Shown in pieces: positions 12,255 through 23,770 of a stretch of 64,000 bases of DNA; the stretch's first letter is position 1; every line of letters starts with the position of its first letter. Source of the stretch: Heptranchias perlo (lineage: Eukaryota). The notes beneath the pieces were generated by a model. That model was not told the origin of the DNA. It saw only the letters and a list, made by a program, of their open reading frames with translations, and searched no databases. The stretch spans positions 27,528,001-27,592,000 of the forward strand of contig NC_090337.1 of the NCBI RefSeq assembly GCF_035084215.1. The letters are read 5' to 3'. The translations under genes were made by a program, and so were the position numbers.

Positions 12255-13480
12255 GTATCATAGGAGGAGGCCATTCAGTCCATCGTGCCTACATCAGCTC
12301 TTTGTCAGAGCTATCCAATTAAACTAATTTTCCATAATCCTGTTACTATTGAATCTGCTTCCACCACCCTTTCAGGCAGTGCTCCAGACCATTACAACTC
12401 GCTGCGTTAAAAAAAATGGTTTCCTCATGTCGCCTCTGGCTTTTTTGCCGATCACCTTAAATCTGTGACCTCTGGTTACCAACCTGTTGGCCAGGGGCTG
12501 CAGAAACTGAGTTTATTCCAAACTGCTGACAGGCTAAAGCAACTTTTAAACTGAAGTAACCTGAGTTCAGTTGCTGGCCTGAGCTGGCTGGAACCGGTTT
12601 GAATTAGCGAAGTTTTGTGAAAGACAAAGGAGGTGTGATAAGACAAGTCCTTATTTAGAAAAGGAGTAATGAGGTAATGCTACCTAAGTCCTTGGGACAG
12701 AGCCAATGAGGAGAAAACACAGACTAGGCGAGCAAGCCTAAACCAACGGGAGAGAGAGACAGCACAGCTTGAAGTGATAAGATTTGGAAGAAGAATGAAG
12801 AATCTGGGGCGTGGAGCCAGAGCAAAGATTCCGGAGACCAACCATCGCGGAAGTGGAAGAACCTACGTCAGGGAGGTAGAGACGACTTCGAGAGAGAGAG
12901 AAAAAAAAGGAACGCCTGGCCAGCGTCAGCTCTCCTTTTCGGGTATTATCCTTTATATTCTGTGACCACTCGGAGTGTCAGAGAAACCTAGTGGGTGTGC
13001 GTTTAGATCCTAGTTTGGGTATAAAACTGTATAACCTGGTGCAAACTGCATGTTTATATCTAACCAGACGTATAAGCTATATGTATATGATCTAACGGCG
13101 TGAATAAAGTGAATTGAGAGTTGAGAGAATTGGCTCCTCTTCTCTTTGTACTAAGCCAATAACCGGTGACCACCGGTCAACAAACCCATCTGCCACTGGA
13201 CATGGTTTCTTTATTTACTATCAAACCCATTCAGGATTTTGAATACCTCTATCAAATCTCCCATTGGTCTTCTCTGTTCTAAAGGAGAACAGCCCCAGAT
13301 GCTCCAGTCTCACCACATAATTAAGTCCCTTATCCCTGGCACCATTCTAGTAAATCTCTTCTGCATCCACTCTAAGGCCTTAACTTCCTTCCTAAAGTGC
13401 AGTGCCCAGAATTGGACACAATACTCCAACTGAGGCCTAATCAGTTTCTTTTTATAAATATAATAAGGGTTAACATAACT
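12255..13480 (-). mobile_element. CR1 LINE 3' fragment split by a solo LTR
   Basis: CR1 sequence 12255-12484 resumes at 13183 (gtgcccagaattggacacaatactcc = EYCVQFWA). Confidence 0.8.
12485..13182 (+). mobile_element. Solo LTR (698 bp)
   Basis: TGTTGGCC...GGTCAACA termini, perfect 4-bp TSD aacc (12481-12484, 13183-13186), AATAAA near 13103. Confidence 0.85.
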
Positions 13481-15252
13481 TCTAGGGCTTAATTATAATA
13501 AAGTACTAAAAAGAGCTGAAAGATGGATTTGTTTCAAAAAATATAAAAAGTACTCATTGCAGTTTGACTCAACCCTTATTGAACAGAACATAGCCTAAAA
13601 TATTAGTCTTGGTGAAATGTGTTCAGCTCCATTGATTGGCTAAGTATTTGGAAAAGCCAAGAGAAATTAAATGTAATAGCCGAACATTTTCATGGGTGCA
13701 GTGCTCCAGTAAACAGGTGGGCCATAATATAAAAAAGGTGTGTATAAATAGGTTGTTAGAACACACTTTCTACCAACACCACATTATGTTCTTCGAACAC
13801 ATTAAAACTGCCATTAACCACCTGTTCAGTCAAATTGCTGGATTTTAATAAAGAAACTTCCAGAGGCATGGTGACATTGCTGTACTTCCTGAAACCCAAA
13901 GCCCTCGATGAGGAAGACACAAACTGGATTATATTCCTAGTCAAAAAATATAGTTTCACTGTAGCCAATAGCATTTAACCATTTTCCTACCACTGAAGCC
14001 TCAAGGGATACATTCTTAAGGTATTAATGAAAGGGCTTTAATTGAAGCTTCTGCTGTACATAAAAAAGGATCATTGGCCACAGTTCAGGATTGAAGGTTA
14101 CATTAATGAAGTAGTGATTAGATGATACCTTCAAAATCATACAGATGGTGGGAAAGAACAAAAACATAAGGATAGCTATGAGTTTGACCTCTGGAGCAAG
14201 GAAGAGTTAAGAGTAGTAGGTGAGAAGTTGACTGAAAGGATTGAGGGGGAAAGCATATAAGACGGCATATTTGGCACATGCGAGAGGGAAGCACTTTTTT
14301 GTTTATAAAACAGCTTTAGCAATGCAGGAAATTGCATACAAGAGACAAAGTTGAGGATGTTAATAGTTAAAAACTAAAACAAGAGCCAAAAGATTTAGTG
14401 ACAGTTGATGATTTAAGAATTCAAATAAATTTTTCACTGCCTCATTAAAAAGGAAGCCATTCGACTACTGTAATGCAAGAAGTGAAGGTCATTTGTACAG
14501 AGGGTGTGCAGTACAAAAATTGTTTGCAAAGGAAGGCAATTAACATAGAATTAGACTGACGAGTAGATAAGGTCATTGATATAGTAATTGTAATAAAGTG
14601 GGAGAAAGAACTAACCATTAAGTGTTGTGTAGGTGAGTGACAGTGAAACAACTCCACTAGCAATACAGGGCGGAGCAGTTGCCATATTTCTGGCTGCCTG
14701 TACTGCAAAAACTGCCAGACCAGAAGTACAAACTTTTGCCAAGAGGCTGTACAGGGAAGTGACAATGGAAATTTCATTATCTGGATGGTTATTTTTGCAA
14801 ATGTTCATTGACTCAATCTCATGAGAATTACAAGACTTCATTTCACTTTCTAAATGAATTGCATTTGTTAGTCTGAACAGTTCAAGCAATGTCATATTTG
14901 GATATCAACAAGTGCCCTATTGTACATTTTTCCCCAGGTGAATATAAAAAGACAATTCAATTACAAGGTAAACTAAAGAAAGACATGATTTAAGGCAAGC
15001 ATGGCTGTACTCTAAGGTTCCTCAGAGCCCACAAAGTTTAAAATCAACATTTCCATTAACTTGAAATAAATGTTTCAGCTGTAGATATAACAGATTTTAT
15101 AGTTGTGATTTAAGATTTAGCCACAAGGCAACTGTGTTAAGAACAATCCTTTCCCTCCAAACCCACAACATTCAAACTGAACACTTGTAACTTGGGTTAT
15201 CAGCTGGATGTGGCCCAAAGGTCATTTAACACACCCATGACTTAACTGGCCC

Positions 15253-15354
15253 TCCAAAAGCTTGTGAATTTAAAATAAAATTGCTGGACTATAACTTGGT
15301 GTTGTAAAATTGTTTACAATTGTCAACCCCAGTCCATCACCGGCATCTCCACAT
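15253..15354 (+). mobile_element. Penelope-like element terminal fragment
   Basis: aaagcttgtgaatttaaaataaaattgctggactataacttggtgttg... flanked by 12-bp TSD cttaactggccc. Confidence 0.75.
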
Positions 15355-15529
15355 CTTAACTGGCCCAGCATGTTTATGTAAACAGATTCATCCCCATTAG
15401 AAACAGCTTGAGTTGATTGAGGTTCAAGAATCCCAAATTAAGTCAGGTTATAAGGATTGACTGCAAACCCCTGAACTAACTCTTGTAAGGAATTACATTC
15501 AAGCATTTAATTACTTTACTCAAGTACAG

Positions 15530-15870
15530 TACCAAGGGAGTGCTGTACAGTCAGGGCTGCCATCTTCTGGCTAAGACATTAAACAAAAACCGCCACTCCA
15601 CACCTGCCTAATCTGGTGGACCTAAAAGATCCCATGGCACTATTTAACGAACAGGGGAGTGTTCCAGTGTCCAGGCAAGCATTTATTCTTCAGCTGACCC
15701 CACCAAAACAAGTTATTTCGTCATTTACCCAATTGTTTGCAGGATCTTGCTATGCACAAATGGGCTAGCATATTTGCCAGAATTGTTGCTCAAAAGTAAT
15801 TTTATTTACCTGTAAAGAAGAACTTTAGCCTGAGGACGTGAACGGCGCTCTCTAAATACAAGTCTGTTCT
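15530..15870 (+). mobile_element. Deu-domain SINE (SacSINE1-like)
   Basis: Same gagggagtgctg / aaagatcccatggcactattt / ggatcttgct motifs as the 8690 copy. Confidence 0.65.
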
Positions 15871-16245
15871 CTACAACAAATTTAAAGTAGTAAAAAAAGG
15901 ACTATTAAACAAAAAAGGAAAAACCTAAATGCTGGGGACCACGCTAAAACTAATTGTGGTTTTTCACACTCTGACGGATCGGCAGTCCATCGCCAACATT
16001 TTCCGGATTCTACTTCGATTAGTAGGAAAAAGCTAATCGCGTTAACCAGTTAACTCAAACTTCAGGTCAGAACTCAGTTACGAGTTACTGACAAGGAGCC
16101 ACTGAAATAGACAGGAATCAGCGAATTTCACTTAGTAATCAATTCACCTAGCAACGCTAAAGAAATGCAATTTTTCTATAATCTATTACTCAAAATATAA
16201 GGTTAACAATAATATTTTTGGCATCTGTATTTGACAACACCGGGA

Positions 16246-16276
16246 CTATAACTTGGTGTTGTAAAATTGTTTACAA
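16246..16276 (+). mobile_element. Ultra-short Penelope-like terminal insertion
   Basis: Identical to part of the 15253 copy; 15-bp TSD ttgacaacaccggga (16231-16245, 16277-16291). Confidence 0.75.
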
Positions 16277-16374
16277 TTGACAACACCGGGATTCACCCAC
16301 TTTACCCGGAAGTCACAACTAAAACTTTTATTTTCAGTAAGAACTAGAAATTTAGAAAGTTCAAACCGACTTAC

Positions 16375-16414
16375 CATAAAGAGCCAAGGCAGCAACCAGC
16401 ACCAAATTCCTCAT
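16375..16414 (-). CDS. LAMP3: LAMP-family gene exon 1 (start codon, signal peptide MRNLVLVAALALY-G)
   Basis: aacATG at 16414; hydrophobic 13 codons + G then gtaagt donor (acttac at 16369-16374); phase 1 joins exon 2 in frame (G+GC=Gly). Confidence 0.85.
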
Positions 16415-16489
16415 GTTTGGCTACAAATTAATTCTGTTTTTTTTTAAAAAATGTTTTCAATGTTAACCTACTCACTTAACTACTTGCGC

Positions 16490-16585
16490 AGCTTTAATAA
16501 AGGCTTAAGTCACGAGGCAGTGGAAGGGTGGGGACAGGTAGGAAGTGAGATCAAAAATTAGGCAGCCAATTCTCACGAGTCATAG
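16490..16585 (-). promoter_or_regulatory. Putative proximal promoter of the LAMP gene
   Basis: Within 170 nt upstream of the ATG: AT-rich box 16493-16502, GTCACGAG 16509-16516, GGGTGGGG 16526-16533, ETS-type AGGAAGTG 16540-16547, CCAAT 16566-16570, TCACGA 16573-16578; local CpG enrichment. Motifs are short, so function is inferred. Confidence 0.45.
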
Positions 16586-17114
16586 CTGCGTAAATGTTTA
16601 TCGAGCAGGAATAAAGCAAGAGATACGATTGAGTAGCAAATACAATTTACTTAAAGTCATTAACAGTACCTTAAACTGCCCTCCACCCATCTCTATTTTG
16701 CTCTCCTTGCCAAGTTACCCACAATATATGGCTAAGTACAACATTTTTCACATCTGTATTGGAAATGAGCGTTATAATTTCTGATTTAAGCTACATTAAT
16801 GGAGAGATCTCACATTAGGTTTGGCCCTTCCCTAAAAAAAGGGTGATTAAATCAGCCCACTTGTGACCAGCTGAAGGGTGGCATAGGCCTAGGCAAAAGC
16901 CACTACCCCCTGCCCTCTTAGGCTGGGTGGCATTGAAGGGAAAAGTCGATTTGATGAATTTGAAAACATTAAGGGGGACTGAGTCATAGATTGGGCTAGA
17001 CCTTGCACTGCTGGAACCTATTCTAGCCTAGAATGATGGCATAAAAGTCTCCCTGTAATGGTCTTATATGAACAAGTTTGTGCAGTATGGACCCATAGCA
17101 TAAAACTGCACCTA

Positions 17115-17475
17115 ATTATTAGGGGCCTAGATAGAGTGGACAGGAAGGACCTATATCCCTTAGCAGAGAGGTCAATAACCAGGGGCCATAGATTTAAAGT
17201 GATTGATAGAAGGATTAGAGGGGAGCTGAGGAAAATGTTTTTCACCCAGAGGGTGGTGGGGGTCTGGAACTCACTGCCTGAAAGGGTGATAGAGGCAGAA
17301 ACCCTCAACTGATTTAAAAAGTACCTGGATGTGCACTTGAAGTGCCGCAACCTACAAGGCTACGGACCAAGTGCTGGAAACTGGGATTAGGCTGGGTGGC
17401 TCATTTTCAGCCGGTGCGGACACGATGGGCCGAATGACCTCCTTCTGTGCCGTAAATTTTCTATGATTCTATGAT
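17115..17475 (+). mobile_element. CR1 LINE 3' fragment
   Basis: GLDRVDRKDLYPL..TRGH.FK..FFTQRVVGVWNSLP and ttctatgattctatga tail. Confidence 0.9.
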
Positions 17476-18862
17476 TTGACACTAACCTGACAATCGCAAT
17501 TAGGGAAGAATAGAAAAATGGTAGTGTAAGAAGTGCTTATCTGAGGTTGGGGTTGAAGCACATTGTTGAGGCAGAGTAATACTGACACTGGGTGTCCAAA
17601 ATAGAAAGTGTTCCATTCCCCAGAATTAGCATCTCCCACCTTAATGAGCCCAAAAATTTACACCTCAATATAACAAAGAAGTGAAAGGATTAAAAATTGA
17701 TATAGATTGGGCAACATGGAGAGGGTGCTGTAAACTCATTCCAATTAAAGATCAAGAGACTAGCTTATTTCACGTAAGTCATGTACACATGAATTTGATA
17801 CAGTTTCTTAGACTAATATATTAAATCTTGTTGCTAGAAACTGCATTCAAGCCCAATTGCATGTAACTGGTGTTTTCCACTAGTTTTATGTTGACAGCGA
17901 ATCAGGTGACATATGCCAGCAAATATTAAAACATCGGCTACTTTTGGACTTTCCTGATACCTGCTAGGTACATGTTGATTAGTTTAGTGACTAATGCCCT
18001 GGTTTATCACCACCATATAAAATTAAGTATCTGTATTTTGTCAACTAAGTTTAATTCCTACTTTTGTAATTAGTTTTCAGAATTTGTCAGCAAATTGCCC
18101 GATGCAGATGACTAATTAACAAATAAACCATCCTCTCTCACTGTGCTGCATAATTCAAAGAATCAGTTATTAGACAAATACCAGTCATTAGGCAAGTTTG
18201 TAGCCAATCTGCTATGATACAATGGTCTCATATAGATAGGATTATAGGGAGATAATCAACAACTTTGTTCTTATCTTTTCCATGTATTCAAAATGCCTTA
18301 TTCTACAACATCATCTTAAAATATCAACCTGAGAGTTAAATAATAAAAAGCTAATTCATAAGGGTGCTTATCAGCCTTTGAAATTTGACTGCAAGCACAA
18401 AGTAGGATGGTATAGAATAGCATTACACTAAACTAATTAAAACCTAATCACTGTTGCTAAAAGAACAAGTGGCCATACCACTGTTCTCTTGTACAAAAGG
18501 CCACATTTTCATTTTTTTTAAAACACTAAGCACAGCTATTGGCTTTGTTGGAGTTCAGCTGAATGGAGGAGGGTCAAACTGAACCTAGTGCCAAAAGTTC
18601 ACTGACTCATGCATTTTTACATCTCCATTACAAAAACGGAGTCCTCAGATTCAATTTATGTGTCTCGTCAACAACAATTGCAATAGTTTGTACCTTAGTC
18701 GTTTTACTGTATAAACACAGTTCAATTTGGTTTATGTCAAACTGAATAAATCAGTCATGAAAACAGTAAATGTTGGCAATACACAGCAGGTAAAAAATAA
18801 GTCTATTGGTGTTAGAAAATTAATGCATCTCAACTGGAGAATGAAGAATTGAGTGATACTAC

Positions 18863-19434
18863 GGGGTCAATTTTTGTGTGGAGCATACATAGGCCAGGTG
18901 ATGGATCCAGGGTGAGATCTCTGCTCATCCTATGATGTGGATGGAAGGCCCGATCGATTTTAGTGGTCGGGCCTCACTAGCATACAAGAGGTGAGCTGCC
19001 AGAGCTAATTGCACTGTTTATAGGCAGCTTGCCATTTGGGAGGGTGAGAAATACTGCAGGATAGGCACTTATCATGGACATGCAGCAACACCATAAAGGG
19101 GAGGACTGGAAAGATTGGTGGGGAGGGACAAATGGAGCAGCTTACTTCAGTATCAAAGGCATCCAAAGAGCACACCCAGCAGTGAGGAGATGAACTTATG
19201 AACTTAAGGAAGCCTTTAAGTTCAAAACTCCCAAAGGAATGAAGAAGATACAAGTGTCAGACCTGCTTCCAGTTTTCCTTACTACAGCTAAAAATCCATT
19301 TGAGTAGCACTGTAAATGGCCGCCTCTGGAACTGTACTGCCCAATGTTTGTGGGTGGGTCGAGGAAGTAGCAGTGGCAGCCCGAAAATTGCATTGGGAAT
19401 CTTGAAACCGTCACTTTACGTTGAAATTTGGGCC
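18863..19434. mobile_element. Degraded Harbinger-type non-autonomous element
   Basis: Imperfect TIRs ggggtcaatttt / gaaatttgggcc. Confidence 0.45.
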
Positions 19435-20009
19435 AACATATTTTCCCTGGTCTTGTAAGCTTGTGACCACAACTTCTGGCTGCAGTTCATGTATCTTTAG
19501 GCAATATTAGTTTACACGTGTGATCCACATTTGAGCCGTGGCTCTGGGTGTGTTCATATATATGGGCACAGCAATTTTACAAAATACAAACCTCAAAATT
19601 CTGCACTTTTTTGGCATTTCTGGGGTATTCAACCAGGCTAATTATTTTTTTGGCCAGCAAATGGGAGCAGAAGACATTTATGCTGGTTTTCCAACCAAAA
19701 ACAATGCATCCGAATTTGCAGTCATGACCTGACGCTTCCTGCAACCCTCCCAAGTCCCCATGCAGCTGATTTTAATGTAAGTAAATGAGGGCCAGTGGTG
19801 CTGGAGCTTCAAATCTCCAGATTTTATGTTTACAATATATTGCGATAAGTTAGAATGGGAAATAGAAGGCAGATCTATAGCCAGGATCAGCTGAGACTGG
19901 TAGAAGTGAAGAGCTTTCGAACCTGAAGTCTGCAGAATGTTTGAGTGGTGATTACTGCAGCTTGCACAAGTTATTTCAGCAATTTTTTTTTGCTTTGCGC
20001 CTAGATGGC

Positions 20010-20680
20010 GTTGAATTTGCTCCTGTATAGGGCCATTGAAAGATTCTATAGGACAGATTAAAAGGGTACAACAGAGATATTAAATGAGTACTTTGCATCA
20101 GACTTTACTCTTGAAGGCGATGTTCAACTAACAGCAAAATTGTTAATATTAATATAGATGAGGCTACCATCTTAGACAGAATAAGAAAACTTAAAATATA
20201 TCAGGATGCCAGCCCAGATGACATTCACCCAAGAGTTCTTAAAGAAATGGGCCAGTGCTATGCGAGCCCCTCGTCCGCATCTTTACTAGCTCACTAGATT
20301 CGAGGACTATTCCCATAGACTGGAAAAATGCTAATATAAGTCCCAATTTTTAAAAAGGATGATAAAGCAGAACTGGAGTAACCACAGGCCCATTAATTTG
20401 ACTTCAATAACACGCAAGGTGCTCAAAGGTACCATAAGAGATGACCTATATGACCACTTAGATTGAGAAGGTGTCATCAGGGACACTTAACACGGCTTCT
20501 GGAAAAGAAGGCCCTGTCTTAATAATTTGATCAAATTTTTTGAAGAAGTTGCTAAGTTAGTAGATAAGGGCATCGCTGTAGACATGGTCAGCCTGCTTTC
20601 AGAAAGCCTTTGATAAGGTACCTCACAAGAGGTTACTCTACAAGATAGAATCTTGTGCAATTAGTGGTAATATCCTCCTT
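20010..20680 (+). mobile_element. Degraded CR1 RT fragment
   Basis: LNEYFAS.F, PDDIHPRVLKE, DWKNAN, FQKAFDKVPH motifs. Confidence 0.85.
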
Positions 20681-21979
20681 GGCATCATCATTATCATAGT
20701 CGATGAGGATGATTTCTCTTCTCTCCTGCTCCTCCAATTGCTCTCCCTCCTCCTCATTTTCCTCCTTTCCTCATCATCTGCCTCCACCATGTTGCTATGA
20801 TGGATCTGTAAGAAAGTGGCTGGGGCGGGGAGTTGGGGGGGGGGGCGGGTACAAACCTAGAATGGGATTAAGGAGACAGAGATGGGTGTGGAAACGTGTG
20901 GCTGAGGGATTCAGTGGTGACTCTGTAGTGACTGCACTCACTAACCTGGCACTGTCACTGTGTCACCAATGTTGCCATCTCCCACAGCTAGAGCAGAGTG
21001 CCTCCCCAGCAGCTCCATGGCCTGCTCCTTGTAGGGGGTGTTCTTTAATGTTGGGGATGTCCCTCTAGCGCACTGTCATTATTGGCTGCACTCAGGAAAA
21101 CCAACCCTACAGAACACCTGCAACAAAAAAGGTAATTTACTTATCTGAATATGGAGCTGGGAGGAGTACTCCTGCTCCTCCCGACCCCACATTAAAGGAC
21201 TCTCCCAATCGCCGAAGCTCACGGCCGCCACGCTCCCGAGATCCTTGATTCCCAATCCTCCCCCACAGTCCTGAGATCTCCCTCCCCCCCAACCCAGACC
21301 CCGACTCTGTGGCCCGCTGCCGGCTGTGGCTACCGCCACCCCCCCCCAAGAATACTGATCCCCGTGTCCAGCAACTCCCCCCGGGATCTGCGTTGACCCT
21401 CCTGAGTCCAGCAAACTGCTCCCTCCCCCCGAATCACTGATCCCGTGTCCAGCAATCACCCCCTTCCCCGAAGCCACAATCCCTCCCCGAGACCACTTAC
21501 CTGTAGGCTGTTGCAGCACCAGCAGTGACCCGATCATCGTGCACTCCCCTTTGTTGGGCTCTTCCTGCATCGCCGTCTTCATTCTAATGAGGTCCGAGGC
21601 CCAATATCTGGGGATCCTTGGACCTCTCTATTGCAGGGTATGAAAAAATGGCCACTCTCAAATTTCTAGGAGTATGTGTTGCTCCCAGGCCTCTTCAAAG
21701 TTTTTTGTGTTGTCTTTTGACCTGGAAGCAAGTGTGATGGAGTGTGGCACCATTTCTATACCAGTTTGTTGGGGAGTAAAGACACAGCTCCAAGAGGGTC
21801 TGTTCATATTGGAATTTTATGGGTGTGAGTCTTGGAGGACATGGGCAAGTTGGACTGTGTCTGTCAGTTGTTGGAAGGGTATAATCTGACCTTTATCAAG
21901 AAGTCAACCTAGTCTATCTAAGCCATTATCTAGCTAAATTTGGAACTCACCCATGGCAAATAGATCTGAATTTCTGACC

Positions 21980-23134
21980 AACTCACATTACATATTATAT
22001 TGGCACCACTACTGCCATGTCTTTGCGAATGTTGTCTTGTTTGTACAATAATGCCCTCTCCTGAGGATCACTATGAAGACCCACAACTGATGCCACCCAT
22101 TGTGTCACTGCAGAGTGGGTGTAGGTGTATTTGCAGGGCTCTTTTGCACAGACGACTGAGCGACGTCAGCGATGTCCCCGGTTGCACCCTGGAAGGATAC
22201 GGAGGAGAAGTTGTTGAGGGTAGTTGTGACCTTGACAGCGACAGGAAAGAAGATGGTGCTCGGGCCAGCCAGGAGCAGCTCGGCATGAAGGAGGCTGCAG
22301 ATGTCCACGACTACATGTCGAGTGACGCTGAGCCTCCGTGTGCACTGCTGCTCAGAGAGGTCCAGGAAGCTGAGCCTCGGTCTGTGGACCCTGTGGCGAG
22401 GGTAGTGCCCTCTGCGACGCATCTCTCTCGGCGGTAGCCCTCCCTCCTGCTGTACAGGTGGATGTGTCACAGCACTCTACTGTGGAGCTCCACGTGTCAG
22501 AGGTGGACAGCATGGATGGCGAGGCTGGTGAGGCTGGTGATGCTGTTCGCCCTCCGAGGAGGTCAAGACTGCAGCTACGGTGGCCCCCATCCGGAAGATG
22601 CACATCCGAGGGGGTCCGCAAGGTAGGTACATGTCTCTGGACCCCGGGGTAAGTGTGCAGGTTGGTGACTTTGATTGTCAGGAGGAGGGTGGTGGAGGCC
22701 AAACTTTGTCCCAAGTGACAGAGTGGCCTCCTGCAATGGGTGAGGGTCTCCCTCCCCCCCCACCTGTCAAATGGACCTTTGCAGCTGCCACAGGCTGACA
22801 GCTGCAACAGGTCCATTTGAACTGGGAGTGTTTCCCCCAGTGTGGGAAACAGTCCCAGTTTGCTCTAAAATCTCACCCCTCCGCACATAATCCCTTAATC
22901 AGGTCAGTTAATGACCTGAACAAGCAAAATAAATAGCGTCAAGTGGAACCCCGCTGGCTTTAATTGCCTGCGGGATTCCCACCAGCGGGGGCTGCGCGCG
23001 CACGCCGGCGCGTCAGCGGGGAACCTGGAAGTGCGCGGGTTCGAGGCGGGCTCCGGTCCCGCTCCGGGATTTCCCGATTTTCGGGGCCCCCCCGCCAGGA
23101 ACGCACCCGCTGGCGGGTGCTAAAATGCTGCCCC
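21980..23134 (-). mobile_element. Harbinger/PIF element end with truncated HARBI1-like transposase N-terminus (ORF 22105-22470)
   Basis: RPRLSFLDLSEQQCTRRL..ICSLL..PVAVKVTT.LN.F.S.SFQGATGD; CpG-rich end with TIR ggggcagcattttagcacc (minus strand, ending 23134). Confidence 0.8.
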
Positions 23135-23136
23135 AA

Positions 23137-23770
23137 GGGTCCTGGAAAAGGTCCAGAGAAGGGCCAATAGAATGATACTTAGTTCTGGGGATCTTAGCTA
23201 TCAGGACAGCTCAGGAAACTGGCTATTTTCATTGAAGAAGCATAGACTTCAAGGTAATCTGATTAAGGTTTTTAAGATGATGAAGGAAATAGATTCTGTT
23301 GGGGCAGATAGGTTATTTTAGTTAGATAGGGATAGGGGCCTTCAGCACAAAATACAGAAGCATAAAGTTATGTTGAATGACAGGAAGTATTTCTTTTCAC
23401 TGAAAGTCTTCAACCTCTGGAATAGATTACCAAATGTGGTTAAGTATGGATTCATTGCAGTCCTTCAAAACTGGTTGGATGAGTTCCTGGGAATCAAGGA
23501 CATCTCCAGTTATAGAAGGTATTTGGAGGTGTAGCTGAACTTATTGATATCAGTGACCGCAGTCTCCTGGAGGCTGCTTGATTGCCTTTGGTGATTGGAG
23601 AGGAATTACCTAGAGTTTTTTCCTAAATTGGCCTAAAGCTTTTGTCTGCCTCTCCCAGGAGATTGCATGACTGCAGGAGGGAGGGTTGATGGTGTGTGCA
23701 GACTGCACTGTGTCTGGGTGGGATAGATCTGTTGGACCATTTGGTCAATTCCCATCCTTTTTTGTATATT
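23137..23770 (+). mobile_element. Degraded CR1 3' region
   Basis: LEKVQRRA.RMI, LFSLKKHRLQG.LI.VFK, FF...V.NLWN.LP. Confidence 0.75.

Noticed and set aside
14180-14930. Possible ancient LINE RT remnant on the minus strand (YINDL-like)
   Set aside because: Too degraded to classify or delimit confidently.
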